This document shows, in pieces, positions 35,872 through 45,662 of a DNA stretch of 64,000 nucleotides (its first letter is position 1; every line of letters begins with the position of its first letter). The stretch lies in contig CP066682.1 in the NCBI GenBank assembly GCA_016432285.1, positions 288,933 through 352,932 on the forward strand, in the 5' to 3' direction. The notes below the pieces were generated by a model, which did no database searches, was not told the DNA's origin, and saw nothing but the letters and a program-made list of their open reading frames with translations. Both the position numbers and the translations under genes were made by a program. Source of the stretch: Candidatus Kaiserbacteria bacterium (GTDB taxonomy: Bacteria; Patescibacteriota; Minisyncoccia; Phycocordibacterales; UBA2100).

Positions 35872-37656
35872 ATGGAGATACGAAACATAGCGATAATTGC
35901 ACACGTTGATCATGGCAAGACCACGCTCACCGACGCGATTTTGCGGCAGACCGGCGCGGCAGAAGAGGGCGTTTCTATGGACTCCAATGCCCTGGAGCGC
36001 GAGCGCGGCATCACGATCTACTCGAAGAACGCGTCGGTCAACTATAAGGGCACCAAGATCAACATCGTCGACACTCCGGGACACGCGGATTTCGGATCCG
36101 AAGTGGAGCGCGTACTTCGCTCGATTGACTCCGTCTTGCTCGTCGTCGACGCGCAGGAAGGCCCGATGCCGCAGACGCGCTTCGTGCTGAAAAAGTCGCT
36201 CGAGCTCGGCTTGAAGCCCATCGTCGTAATCAATAAGATCGACAAACCGGCCGCGAATCCCGCGAAAGCGGAGGAAGATGTGCTCGAACTCTTCCTGGAG
36301 CTCGGCGCCTCAAACGAGCAGGCGGATTTCCCGGTCGTGTATGCGATCGGCAAGCAGGGAATCGCGAAGCTCCAGCTTGCCGACGAATCGAGCGATCTGT
36401 CGCCGCTCCTCGACACCGTGCTCGCGAAGGTGCCGCCTGCGTCAGACAGCGCGGCGCTCGAGCGTCCCGCCAAACTCCAGCCCTTCAACCTCGCCTACGA
36501 CAGCTTCGTGGGGCGCCTTGCCATCTGTCGCGTCTACGAGGGAGTGCTCAAAATAGCCGATGCGGTGGTCGTGAAAACGCCGCAAAATCAGGCTCGAATC
36601 GGCAAAATTACAAAAATGTACACCTTCCGCGGCTTGCAACGCGTCGAGACGGAGACGGCGGAAGCGGGCGACATCGTGATCGTGGCCGGCTTGCCGGACA
36701 TCTACATCGGGGAGACGATCACGACCGATAAGGATGCCGAGCCGCTTCCCGCGATCGCCATCGACGAACCCACCATCACCCTCAACTTTCTCGTCAACAA
36801 CTCTCCCTTCGCTGGGCGCGAGGGGAAATTTGTCACTTCGCGCCAGATCCGCGAGCGCCTGGAGCGCGAGCTCGAAGTCAACGTGGGGCTCAAAGTGGAT
36901 TTCGAAAGCGACGTATTTAAAGTATCGGGCCGCGGCGAGCTGCATATCGCGATTCTGCTCGAAAACATGCGGCGCGAAGGCTACGAGATGCAGGTCTCGC
37001 AGCCGCAGGTAATCTTTCACGAAGAAGGAGGACACAAGCACGAGCCGTTTGAGGAGGTGATCGTCGACACGCCGCAGGAATACCAGGGTGCGATCATCGA
37101 GCGCCTCGGGACGAGGAAATTTGTGATGAAGGATCTGAAGGTTCACGAGAACCAGGTGCGCCTCATCTTTGAAGGACCCACGAGAGGGCTCCTCGGCTAT
37201 CGCAACCAGTTCGTGCTCGATACGAGAGGAGAAGGGATCCTTTCTTCGCGCGTCGTCGGTTTCCGCCCCTTTGCCGGAGAGATCAAAAAGCGTGCGGTCG
37301 GCTCCATGATTTCGATGGCGAGCGGCAAGGCGCTCGGCTTCTCGCTCTGGAATCTCCAGGAGCGCGGCGCCATCTACATCAATCCGGCCGTCGAGGTCTA
37401 CGAAGGGCAGGTGATCGGCAACACCTCGAAGGGCGAGGAGATGACCGTGAACCCGACGAAGGGCAAGCAGCTCACCAACGTGCGTGCCTCCGCTTCCGAC
37501 GAAGCGATCCAGCTCATTCCGCCGTACGAACTCACGATCGAACGCGGTCTCGAAGTGATGGCAGAAGACGAGTATCTTGAGATCACGCCGCAGTCGGTGC
37601 GCCTGCGGAAGCAGCAGCTTACCGAGGTGGATCGCTCCCGTGCGCGCCGCTCGTAG
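35872..37656 (+). CDS. typA: translational GTPase TypA/BipA
   Basis: [34 protein letters not shown] and [11 protein letters not shown]. Confidence 0.97.
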   Translation: MEIRNIAIIAHVDHGKTTLTDAILRQTGAAEEGVSMDSNALERERGITIYSKNASVNYKGTKINIVDTPGHADFGSEVERVLRSIDSVLLVVDAQEGPMPQTRFVLKKSLELGLKPIVVINKIDKPAANPAKAEEDVLELFLELGASNEQADFPVVYAIGKQGIAKLQLADESSDLSPLLDTVLAKVPPASDSAALERPAKLQPFNLAYDSFVGRLAICRVYEGVLKIADAVVVKTPQNQARIGKITKMYTFRGLQRVETETAEAGDIVIVAGLPDIYIGETITTDKDAEPLPAIAIDEPTITLNFLVNNSPFAGREGKFVTSRQIRERLERELEVNVGLKVDFESDVFKVSGRGELHIAILLENMRREGYEMQVSQPQVIFHEEGGHKHEPFEEVIVDTPQEYQGAIIERLGTRKFVMKDLKVHENQVRLIFEGPTRGLLGYRNQFVLDTRGEGILSSRVVGFRPFAGEIKKRAVGSMISMASGKALGFSLWNLQERGAIYINPAVEVYEGQVIGNTSKGEEMTVNPTKGKQLTNVRASASDEAIQLIPPYELTIERGLEVMAEDEYLEITPQSVRLRKQQLTEVDRSRARRS

Positions 37657-37811
37657 CTCACGAGATCTTCACTTTTTCTCTCTAGGCTCTAGACTGGCTC
37701 GTACAGACGCGCTCGGGCAAGAAGCAAGAAGAAGACATGAGCGCGTCGGGCGCGCGGAGGCTCGCCACCACTCCACCTCCGCGCGCCTTTTTCTTTTGCT
37801 ACACTACCCGT

Positions 37812-38207
37812 ATGAGTAAACGCCCGATGCCGACAAACGAAGATGAATGGAAGCAGGCGCTCTCGCCCGACGAGTATCGCGTGCTCCGGGAGAAGGGGAC
37901 CGAGATGGCCTTCACGGGGCAGTACGTGCACGAAAAAGCGGACGGCACGTACGAGTGTCGCGCATGCGGCAACCCACTCTTCGATTCGACAGCGAAGTTC
38001 GATTCCGGCACCGGCTGGCCCTCATTCGATTCGGCGCTTCCAGGAGCGGTGGAAACGCACAGCGACACTTCGCATGGAATGCAGCGCACCGAGATTACGT
38101 GCGCCCGCTGCGGCTCGCACCTGGGGCATGTCTTTGACGACGGCCCCACGAAAACCGGCAAGCGGTACTGTATCAACAGCGTCTGCCTCGACCTTGAGGA
38201 GAAGTGA
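37812..38207 (+). CDS. msrB: peptide-methionine (R)-S-oxide reductase
   Basis: [21 protein letters not shown] and RYCINS. Confidence 0.96.
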   Translation: MSKRPMPTNEDEWKQALSPDEYRVLREKGTEMAFTGQYVHEKADGTYECRACGNPLFDSTAKFDSGTGWPSFDSALPGAVETHSDTSHGMQRTEITCARCGSHLGHVFDDGPTKTGKRYCINSVCLDLEEK

Positions 38208-38267
38208 TTGCTCCGCCTCGAAAGTACGTCATACTGTTTCGCATACTAGATAGCAGGATTTTTCGAT

Positions 38268-38729
38268 ATGAATAAAGTGTTGGTCGCAGTCTTTGCGCTC
38301 CTCCTTGTGGGCGGGGCGTATTGGTTTTACACAGATTCGCAGCGGGAAGGTGCGGCACAGGTCCCCTCGCAGGAGAGCGCAAAGAGTACCGATGCAAATC
38401 AGTTTCAATCCTCGATGATGACGGGCACGTGGAGAAGTGACGAGGATGCGAAGTTTACCCGCACGTTTGAGGCGCAGGGCACCGTGACGGATCGCTACGA
38501 GGGCGACGCGTCGGCCACAGCCACCGGCTCGTGGAGCGTCGTCGACGCCGCAGCCGAAGCGCAATTTATCGACGTACCGCTTGCAAACCTTGAGGGACTC
38601 ACCGTCGTCAAAATCGCCTTCGAGGAAGGCAACTACTACTTCACGATCAATACGATCACGGAAACGCAGCTCGTCATGACCTACCTCGGCGGCCGCGGCG
38701 CAGTGCTCGCGTTCACCAAAGTGAAATAG
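38268..38729 (+). CDS. exported hypothetical protein (lipocalin-like)
   Basis: N-terminal TM; GTW...GSW beta-barrel pattern. Confidence 0.7.
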   Translation: MNKVLVAVFALLLVGGAYWFYTDSQREGAAQVPSQESAKSTDANQFQSSMMTGTWRSDEDAKFTRTFEAQGTVTDRYEGDASATATGSWSVVDAAAEAQFIDVPLANLEGLTVVKIAFEEGNYYFTINTITETQLVMTYLGGRGAVLAFTKVK

Positions 38730-38730
38730 T

Positions 38731-38913
38731 ATGCGGAAAATCATTGTCGTCGCGCTCGCACTTCTCGCGCTCCCCGTATTTCTCTTCGTCTACCAGCCGT
38801 CGTGGCAGCTCGGTGGTTTCGGACTCTTCTTGGGGCTGCTCGGGATCACCATCTCTCCCCTCATCGTGATCGGATTTATTCTCTACGTTGTCGTGCAGGA
38901 ATTGAGGAAGTAA
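38731..38913 (+). CDS. small 2-TM protein
   Basis: hydrophobic 60-aa ORF starting immediately after the upstream stop. Confidence 0.6.
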   Translation: MRKIIVVALALLALPVFLFVYQPSWQLGGFGLFLGLLGITISPLIVIGFILYVVVQELRK

Positions 38914-38975
38914 ATTTACAGTCTATTCATCGTTCTCCTCGGGGCGTGTGAAAGTCTCACCGCTGAAACAAAAGA

Positions 38976-39005
38976 GAAAGCCCTCGCGCGCACGCGAGGG
39001 CTTTC
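38976..39005. terminator. bidirectional terminator between convergent genes
   Basis: GAAAGCCCTCGCG-CGCA-CGCGAGGGCTTTC. Confidence 0.75.
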
Positions 39006-39032
39006 GGTTTGAAGCGGGATCGAAGCGCATTG

Positions 39033-39686
39033 CTAGATCCCGCGTGCCGTTTCCCGCGGACCGCCCTTGCTCGACGGCTCTTCGGGGAGGTTCAGCGTTA
39101 CGTTCGGGCTTTCCCTTCCGTTTCCGAAAGTGAAGGTGAATCGGCCTCCGTACGACCCGTCCCCCTCAAAGGAGAAGAGCCTAAAGAGATCTTTCCGATA
39201 GACCTCCAGAACGCGTTCGAGTCGCTGACCCGACTCGCCGCTGCGAGAAATCCGACAGAGATGCGGGGCTGTTCCCCACAACTCACGAGATTCCACGAGC
39301 ATGAGAAGCCAACTGTCGCCGAAGGGGTTCGTCATGTCCTTCGGCTGCCCGACGGGGAACGAAAGAAGGGTGAACGGAATCGTCCCCTCGCCGTACTTAT
39401 CGCACCGGTCGTCAGGCTGGCCGTGGATGGCGAATCTGCCGACATCCACGATCATTAAGACAGCCGGGATCAAGAGAGCGACAACCGCCACGTCGCGCGT
39501 ACGAACGCTCTGACGCGCGTAGAGACTGGCGCTCAGGAAGAGCACGAAGATCACGCCGGCAGAGAGGAGCATGCGTCCCGTCTCCGGAGAGACGTAGGTC
39601 GTGTGTTCGACATACCGTGTGATCTCCGCGAAGACCCGAAAGATCGCGTCCACGATGGGCGCGAGCTCATCCAAGATGACTTTCAT
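39033..39686 (-). CDS. 2-TM hypothetical protein, third gene of the MotA/ExbB-type operon
   Basis: ATGA overlap with the upstream gene; two TMs then a soluble domain. Confidence 0.7.
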   Translation of the reverse strand: MKVILDELAPIVDAIFRVFAEITRYVEHTTYVSPETGRMLLSAGVIFVLFLSASLYARQSVRTRDVAVVALLIPAVLMIVDVGRFAIHGQPDDRCDKYGEGTIPFTLLSFPVGQPKDMTNPFGDSWLLMLVESRELWGTAPHLCRISRSGESGQRLERVLEVYRKDLFRLFSFEGDGSYGGRFTFTFGNGRESPNVTLNLPEEPSSKGGPRETARGI

Positions 39687-40396
39687 GATGCACACCCTTT
39701 CGTCGGTGTACACGTGGGCGGATTGTCGGCCGCCCCTACCGTCGCGATACGCTGCGTCGGCAGATTCGGATACGTCTCGACCGAGTCGAACAACACGTCG
39801 CTCTTCTCGTCCCAGACGATTTGCGCAAGCGAACACTCCTCGCCGACCTGGCCGATCGTAAACTCAAGGTTTACGATCGTCTTCTGGCGGGGAGAGTCTT
39901 TGTTGGCGATCGCGAGCACGGTGCCTTTCACGGGGAGAGGCCCCCCGTGCCTGCTCCAGATGTGCGTGTTGATGAGGCACACCGTATTTTTTGGCACTGT
40001 GCGCACGCTCGAGTTGACCCGCGCCTCCTCCACGTTCCGTTGTGAACGAGGATAGCCGGTAGCATCATGCAGCAGATTGAGCCACCGACTGCTCTTGCGG
40101 TTGTAGAACACGACCGTGGGGTCGGTCCGCTGCATGTTCACAAGCGAGTAGCAGGTGATGTAGAGATCGAGGTCGTGCGGCAATTGGTCCGCCCAACGCA
40201 TTTCGATGTAGAAAGGCGTTGGCTCGGTCGTTTGCCGCTTCTCAATCCCGTCGCGCGGAGGTGGATTCACCTGCGGGATCGCGATGGCGCCCGCAAAGAG
40301 AAACACCACCACAACCAGGATCATGTTCTCGACAAAGCCCATGATCGCCGACGGATCGCTGAAGCCGAACCGCCGCCTGTGAGTACGAGTTCTCAT
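39683..40396 (-). CDS. single-TM MotB/ExbD-like partner with YfaP-like domain
   Basis: AGGAG SD; basic N-terminus, TM GFVENMILVVVVF, then W...HDLDLY...NVE...INTH. Confidence 0.7.
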   Translation of the reverse strand: MRTRTHRRRFGFSDPSAIMGFVENMILVVVVFLFAGAIAIPQVNPPPRDGIEKRQTTEPTPFYIEMRWADQLPHDLDLYITCYSLVNMQRTDPTVVFYNRKSSRWLNLLHDATGYPRSQRNVEEARVNSSVRTVPKNTVCLINTHIWSRHGGPLPVKGTVLAIANKDSPRQKTIVNLEFTIGQVGEECSLAQIVWDEKSDVLFDSVETYPNLPTQRIATVGAADNPPTCTPTKGCAS

Positions 40397-40404
40397 CTGA
40401 TCTC

Positions 40405-41199
40405 CTATGACGGTTCGGGTTGTGCCTTGAAGAAGGCGTCGCTTTGGATGACCGGCATGATGAACGACGCGGTCAACTTCCAAAAGTCGGCGCTCACTTC
40501 GTCAGCCTGACGTTGAAGGACCGCCTCGAAGAGGAAGAGCCAGATGGCCCCGCCCCACCCGAGAACGGCACTGATGTAGACGACGCCCATGCCGTGATAG
40601 AGGAGGAAGAGATACTGCTTCGTCTCCTCCGGTGTCACGGGCATGTCTCTTTGCGCCGTCATGGCCATGACGATGCCGACGATCGTGCCGAAGAGTCCGA
40701 GCGAGACAAGGAGCGTGCGCGCCCACGCGAGGCGGGCAAACAGCGCTTCGAGTCGCGTCCCGAATTCTTCGACGACTTCGGTCGTGCCGAGCAGTGGGCG
40801 CATGCCAAGTGTCTGGCATGTTTCCACGTGCTCTTTCAGCGCCAGGATGACTGACCCGGCGCGACTGTGATGCTCGCGCACCGCACGGCTGCCGAAGAGG
40901 TGTCGTACGAAGACGACCGGTTCCGCACCAGCACGCATCCGCTCAAAGCCGTCGATCACCGCGCGTTCCTCCGAGAGCAATCCTGCCGCCGGGAACGCGA
41001 GGAAAAAGACGACTCCGAGAATCACCCCCGTGAGGGCGCCCGCCGTCGCAAACGTCATACGATCGGGGAAGCTCGCGAGGAACCAGTCGAGAAACTGGTT
41101 CTCGTACGCAAGGATGACCGCCACGACGAGCGCGGCAATCGTCAGGTAACAGAATGAGAGTGATCCGAGCCGCAGGGCCCGCGTTGCTGTCGCTGCCAT
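40405..41199 (-). CDS. MotA/TolQ/ExbB proton-channel family protein
   Basis: LVSLGLFGTIVGIVMAM...GMGVVYISAVLG hairpin after two N-terminal TMs. Confidence 0.8.
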   Translation of the reverse strand: MAATATRALRLGSLSFCYLTIAALVVAVILAYENQFLDWFLASFPDRMTFATAGALTGVILGVVFFLAFPAAGLLSEERAVIDGFERMRAGAEPVVFVRHLFGSRAVREHHSRAGSVILALKEHVETCQTLGMRPLLGTTEVVEEFGTRLEALFARLAWARTLLVSLGLFGTIVGIVMAMTAQRDMPVTPEETKQYLFLLYHGMGVVYISAVLGWGGAIWLFLFEAVLQRQADEVSADFWKLTASFIMPVIQSDAFFKAQPEPS

Positions 41200-41304
41200 G
41201 AGCGCATCTCCATTGCTTGAAGTTTCATACACTATGGATTGCCTCAAAGGACAATCCGCTTTGACTGTACTGCGCCGCTTAGCTGGCCGCAAGGAAGCGC
41301 ACGA

Positions 41305-42966
41305 TCAGTACACGCCCGGCACGAATTTCCACGGCACGGCCTTCTGGTAGGGCGCGTAGTCGGGATTGGAGTACTGCATGAAGTTATCTTCGCGCTCGGA
41401 GCGGATCCAATAGAGGAAGAAGAACATGAGGATCGCAAGCCAGTGGACGCCGGCGCTAAGGCCCACGAGCTCCGTGACGAAAAACATGCCCGCTTCGAGC
41501 GCGTAGTTGGGATGCCGCACCGTGCGGTAGAAAAAAGAGCTCCGCACGCCTTTGTCTGTCATCAGGTCAAACATCGTCCAGAGATTCAGGATCGAAAGTG
41601 TGTAGAGCAGGTTGAAAAAAAGTCCGAGCACGAGCACGAGCCACAGCAAGGGCCCCGCCGTTACGATCGGATCGGCACCGGTGAACGAGGGCGTCATCTG
41701 CCAGATCACGACACCGAAGAGTGGGTAGTTGAAGCCATTGGTGAGCCAGCCCGTCACCGTAAAATCGAGGCTGCGGATGTAGCGTCCCCAGAGAATACTC
41801 ACCACCGAAAAGCCGTAGCCGATGAGACAGCCCGCCACCGTGATTGCCCAGAGCGCGTACTTCGCCTGCTCGAAAAAAGCCTCCAGCGAGGGCGGCGGCC
41901 ACCCGAACGAGCGCACCGCCGCGATGTCGCCCGCCAAGAATCCCACGAGCGTGAGCGCGAAAAAATAGACGATGACGAGGTGGAGCGCCCAGTTGGTAAA
42001 GCCGCGCGCGAATCCCACCTTCTTGATCACGCCCGTGCCTTTGTACGAGAGAAACTGCCAGAAGGCGAGTATGGGAGAGCGCCGCTTCCAGAAGAGGAAG
42101 GCGTAATATCCGATGCCAACAGCGGCGATCGAAAACGGCACGAGAGAATCGATCTGCGGCCGAAGCGAGATCACGTTGCTAAAGAGTAGGCGCGAGATTT
42201 CGACCGTGAGATATGAGAAAAGAAATACCGGCATCGTTCCGAGGAACCACGAAAAAGGAATGCCGCCCGCGATATTGACGACCCAAAGAATCGTTTTTTT
42301 GGGAACGCGGAGGGTGCGGATGTACTCTCCACAAGCGATGAGGGGAGAGCGTCGCCGCATGGCGCGGTAGCCGAAGTAGCCCACCGCGAGCGCCCCGATC
42401 ACGACCGCTTCCACGGTGGACAGCAGCGAATCGTCGTACTTCGCAACCTGTGTCGCCGTGCCGAATTCGCTCACGTGGAGATCCTCGAGCGGGCCGATGT
42501 CACGCGGCAAATCAATGCGTGATCGATTCGCTTCCACCTCGACGACGTGCGCCTGTCCCACGACGGATGTGCCGCGAAAGATGGTGAGGTACTGATCAGG
42601 AGAGACGCCGAAATCCGCGCCGAGCGAGGTGAAAAAATCCTCGCCGTCCTGCACAATCTTTCCGTGCATGCCGAGCGAGAAACGGCTCGGCTGTAGCGCG
42701 ACAATCGCGCGATCGTCCTCGACGCGCTCGACGACGATGGTGCCGATCGGTGTCTTCGTCGAGTAGTTGAAACGGTAGAGTGGCAACCGCTCTCCCGCCT
42801 GGAGACCGTTCGATTTTGCGAGGACGCCTCGCGATTCGTCGATCGTCTGCACGATCGGAAGGTGCGCGGTGGAGGCGGCGTGAAAGGGAGCGAAGACGAT
42901 GACAGTAAGGAGCAGCAAAAAGGCCAGCTCGTATGCCATTTTTACTGCGCCTGTGAGGAGCTGCAT
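41305..42966 (-). CDS. ICMT-family methyltransferase-like membrane protein with N-terminal extracellular domains
   Basis: C-terminal YRTVRHPNYA...RSEREDNFM..PDY..YQKAVPWKFVPGVY. Confidence 0.8.
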   Translation of the reverse strand: MQLLTGAVKMAYELAFLLLLTVIVFAPFHAASTAHLPIVQTIDESRGVLAKSNGLQAGERLPLYRFNYSTKTPIGTIVVERVEDDRAIVALQPSRFSLGMHGKIVQDGEDFFTSLGADFGVSPDQYLTIFRGTSVVGQAHVVEVEANRSRIDLPRDIGPLEDLHVSEFGTATQVAKYDDSLLSTVEAVVIGALAVGYFGYRAMRRRSPLIACGEYIRTLRVPKKTILWVVNIAGGIPFSWFLGTMPVFLFSYLTVEISRLLFSNVISLRPQIDSLVPFSIAAVGIGYYAFLFWKRRSPILAFWQFLSYKGTGVIKKVGFARGFTNWALHLVIVYFFALTLVGFLAGDIAAVRSFGWPPPSLEAFFEQAKYALWAITVAGCLIGYGFSVVSILWGRYIRSLDFTVTGWLTNGFNYPLFGVVIWQMTPSFTGADPIVTAGPLLWLVLVLGLFFNLLYTLSILNLWTMFDLMTDKGVRSSFFYRTVRHPNYALEAGMFFVTELVGLSAGVHWLAILMFFFLYWIRSEREDNFMQYSNPDYAPYQKAVPWKFVPGVY

Positions 42967-43042
42967 CGCACCATTCTTGCCTCGAATGTGGCGTAATGCA
43001 AAGTGATGTTGACTGCGCCGCCTTCGGGGGTAACCTGTCGTT

Positions 43043-44362
43043 ATGAATCGGACGTACGTCCTCGGCGGTGCCGTCGCCCTCGTTCTCGTAATACTCTTTT
43101 TGTGGACACAGGCCGCGGGCGATTTCGTCGGGCAAGACGTCCGGCTCGCGCTCTTTAACACCGGTGAAACAAAGAAGGGACTTCTCTACATCCCGACGCG
43201 CCGCGACGCAGAGGGTGCAGCTGTGGAGTTTTTTGTCGATGTGAATGCGGATGGCACTTTCGCTCCCGAAGAAAAAGTGGGGGGCAGCGCAAGCATGCGC
43301 GGGCTGAAGGGCAAGAGTGTGGGCGTTCCCGTTTCGTTTACGTCAGCGCCCGAAGCGGGGAGCAGAGTGAAGATCGCTTTTGAGAACGATTCATACATTC
43401 GAACGATCGCGGAAGTGGCGGTCGAATCCGAAGATCTTCTCGAGCTTGAGAAAGTTACTGATCCCGAGAATGCGATGAAAGGTCTTTTCTACGGTGTCGC
43501 TTTCGCCAAAGAGCCGGCGACGGAAGCCGGCCGCATAACTCCGGATATTGGTCAGCGTATCGCAGAGTGCGCGCCCACTGCGGCAGCCAACAGCATCATT
43601 TCGCTTGCGGAGGATCACGGACAAAGCGACAAGCTCCCCGCCGATGCCGACCTCATCGATCAGCTGAAGGGCGACATGGACTGGACACCGGAGAACGGCG
43701 TTTTGCCGGATGATTTCGTGGAGGGAAAGAATCGCTGGGCGGCGACACACGGGCTGCCGATACAAACCACAAAAGTGGGCGACCAACACGGCCGTACCAC
43801 GATCGAGGCGCTGCTCGATGGTCTTGCCGAGGGAGGCGCGGCCGAAATGCGCATCAAATTTGCCGATGCCAGGGGCAAAGCGACCGGCGGACACATGGTG
43901 ACGGTAACCGGCGTGCGCGTCGTCGGCGACCAGACCTTCGTAGAAGTGGCAGACCCGCGTACGCCGGAGGGGTACGACACGTACGAAGTCGAGGGCAACA
44001 CGCTCAAGGACTACCCGTACGAGGGAATTGCCGTCATAAGCTGGGGCTTCGTGCAGCGCTGGGTGGAGCCTACCGGCACGCAGCTCGACCCGATGACCGA
44101 CGCGGAGGTGGAAGGCATTCGCGCTGCGGTCGGCGTGAAGGAGAAGATCAAGGTGATCGTCGTGCTCGGGAGGAAAATTCCACTCTCGCAGGTACACGTG
44201 GGTAAGGGATCCGACTGCACAGAAGGAGGCAAGGAGATGCCGCACTACCACGCCAACGACGGCTCCGCGACCGCACTTGATGGTACCGTTGTGCAGGATA
44301 ACGATGGCTGCGGCTATGGAATGGTCAAGAATATTCCGGTCGAGGACGCTGAAATTCCGTGA
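43043..44362 (+). CDS. membrane-anchored papain/C39-like cysteine peptidase-fold protein
   Basis: GQRIAECAPTAAANS...GGHMVTVTG...VADP. Confidence 0.65.
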   Translation: MNRTYVLGGAVALVLVILFLWTQAAGDFVGQDVRLALFNTGETKKGLLYIPTRRDAEGAAVEFFVDVNADGTFAPEEKVGGSASMRGLKGKSVGVPVSFTSAPEAGSRVKIAFENDSYIRTIAEVAVESEDLLELEKVTDPENAMKGLFYGVAFAKEPATEAGRITPDIGQRIAECAPTAAANSIISLAEDHGQSDKLPADADLIDQLKGDMDWTPENGVLPDDFVEGKNRWAATHGLPIQTTKVGDQHGRTTIEALLDGLAEGGAAEMRIKFADARGKATGGHMVTVTGVRVVGDQTFVEVADPRTPEGYDTYEVEGNTLKDYPYEGIAVISWGFVQRWVEPTGTQLDPMTDAEVEGIRAAVGVKEKIKVIVVLGRKIPLSQVHVGKGSDCTEGGKEMPHYHANDGSATALDGTVVQDNDGCGYGMVKNIPVEDAEIP

Positions 44363-44390
44363 TTTTATAATTCATGAGATAGTGAGAGTC

Positions 44391-45020
44391 ATGGATACAC
44401 AAAGCAACATAGGCAAATACATTATCTGGCTTCTCGTTGCCGTGATCGCTGCGGTGGGCGGCTACTACGCGTGGCAACTTCTCGGGCAAGCCGCCAGTCA
44501 GGCTCCGCAGAATGAGGAGCCGCTCGAGGTGGTGCCGCAGTTCTCCACGTATGCCACCTCCACCTTTTCGATCACGTATCCGCAAGGCTACACGGTCGAC
44601 GACGCGTACGCATACGAAGGCGTGCCCAAGAAACCGATCGCGGGCGTGAAGTTTACGATTCCGGGTGCGATGGCCACCGGCACGAATCTCTCGACCGACT
44701 CCGGCGTCTCGGTGGAATGGCTCCCGCGCGCCCAAAAGTGCGCCGGCGACATCTTTCTTTTTGACAACGTCCGCTCGCAGGAGCTGACCGTCGGATCGAC
44801 CACATGGTCGGTAGCCACCACCTCCGGCGCGGGCGCGGGCAATTTGTACGAAGAAATGGTGTATGCGGTCGTCGGCAGCAAGCCCTGCACCGCGGTGCGC
44901 TATCTTTTGCACTCGACCAATATCGGCAACTACGACCCGGGCGCGGTGCGCGAGTTCGACCGCCTCAAGCTGATCGCCGATTTCAACGCGATCCGCGACT
45001 CGCTCACGCTCAGTCAGTAG
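44391..45020 (+). CDS. exported hypothetical protein
   Basis: N-terminal TM; FSITYP, GAGAGNLYE and a Cys pair. Confidence 0.75.
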   Translation: MDTQSNIGKYIIWLLVAVIAAVGGYYAWQLLGQAASQAPQNEEPLEVVPQFSTYATSTFSITYPQGYTVDDAYAYEGVPKKPIAGVKFTIPGAMATGTNLSTDSGVSVEWLPRAQKCAGDIFLFDNVRSQELTVGSTTWSVATTSGAGAGNLYEEMVYAVVGSKPCTAVRYLLHSTNIGNYDPGAVREFDRLKLIADFNAIRDSLTLSQ

Positions 45021-45021
45021 T

Positions 45022-45315
45022 GTGATAGAGCGTATCCCACAGCGGGAGGAACCGAGTCCCTTTAAAAAAGGCGGGTATGCGGCGATACGCGAAGATATGC
45101 ACGAGGATTTTTTTGTCGGCGCGCGCTACTTTACGCCCGGCGGCGTGTACCGTGTCTTCCATGTCGACAAAAACGGTGTGTGGATCGGGCCCAAAAACGC
45201 GCCCGACCTCGACATCGAGGAATTCACCCCGGAAAAAGGACAAGAGGTCAACCGCGAGAAACGATACCGGACCGTGCTGTGGGTTGATCGAGACGTACTG
45301 GAGCCGCTGCACTAG
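45022..45315 (+). CDS. hypothetical protein
   Basis: 97-aa ORF starting immediately after the upstream stop. Confidence 0.5.
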   Translation: MIERIPQREEPSPFKKGGYAAIREDMHEDFFVGARYFTPGGVYRVFHVDKNGVWIGPKNAPDLDIEEFTPEKGQEVNREKRYRTVLWVDRDVLEPLH

Positions 45316-45348
45316 CGGCGCCTGCGACGCATGGTCCTTTGGCAATAG

Positions 45349-45606
45349 TTACGGCCTGTTGTGGCGCATCGTGTCGATGGCCCACGTGTACTCGATGATG
45401 AGGAAGGGGATCCAGTGCCACTCTCCGATGTACGCGAGGTACATTCCCCCGAACACGACGGCGAGTGTGTTGATCACGAAAAATGCGATGTCCCACTGCG
45501 GTTCGTGCCGCGACTCGGGCTCGTTGTTGGTGATGTAGAGCAACAGATTCTTGAGTCCCACGGAGGAATTGTACCCGATGACTCGCCGAGGCACGGCACT
45601 CGACAA
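45349..45606 (-). CDS. small 2-TM protein
   Basis: HEPQWD, two TMs, EYTWAIDTMRHNRP; start uncertain. Confidence 0.6.
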   Translation of the reverse strand: MSSAVPRRVIGYNSSVGLKNLLLYITNNEPESRHEPQWDIAFFVINTLAVVFGGMYLAYIGEWHWIPFLIIEYTWAIDTMRHNRP

Positions 45607-45662
45607 CTGTAGAAAATTTGATATAATGCGGTCTCATTTCGGCTCTCGCCTCTATTTCCACC

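Noticed and set aside
39033-41199. Zorya (ZorAB), flagellar stator or Ton/Tol system
   Set aside because: No long ZorA tail, no OmpA-like domain in the partner, and no zorC/D/E, flagellar, tonB or tolB genes nearby.
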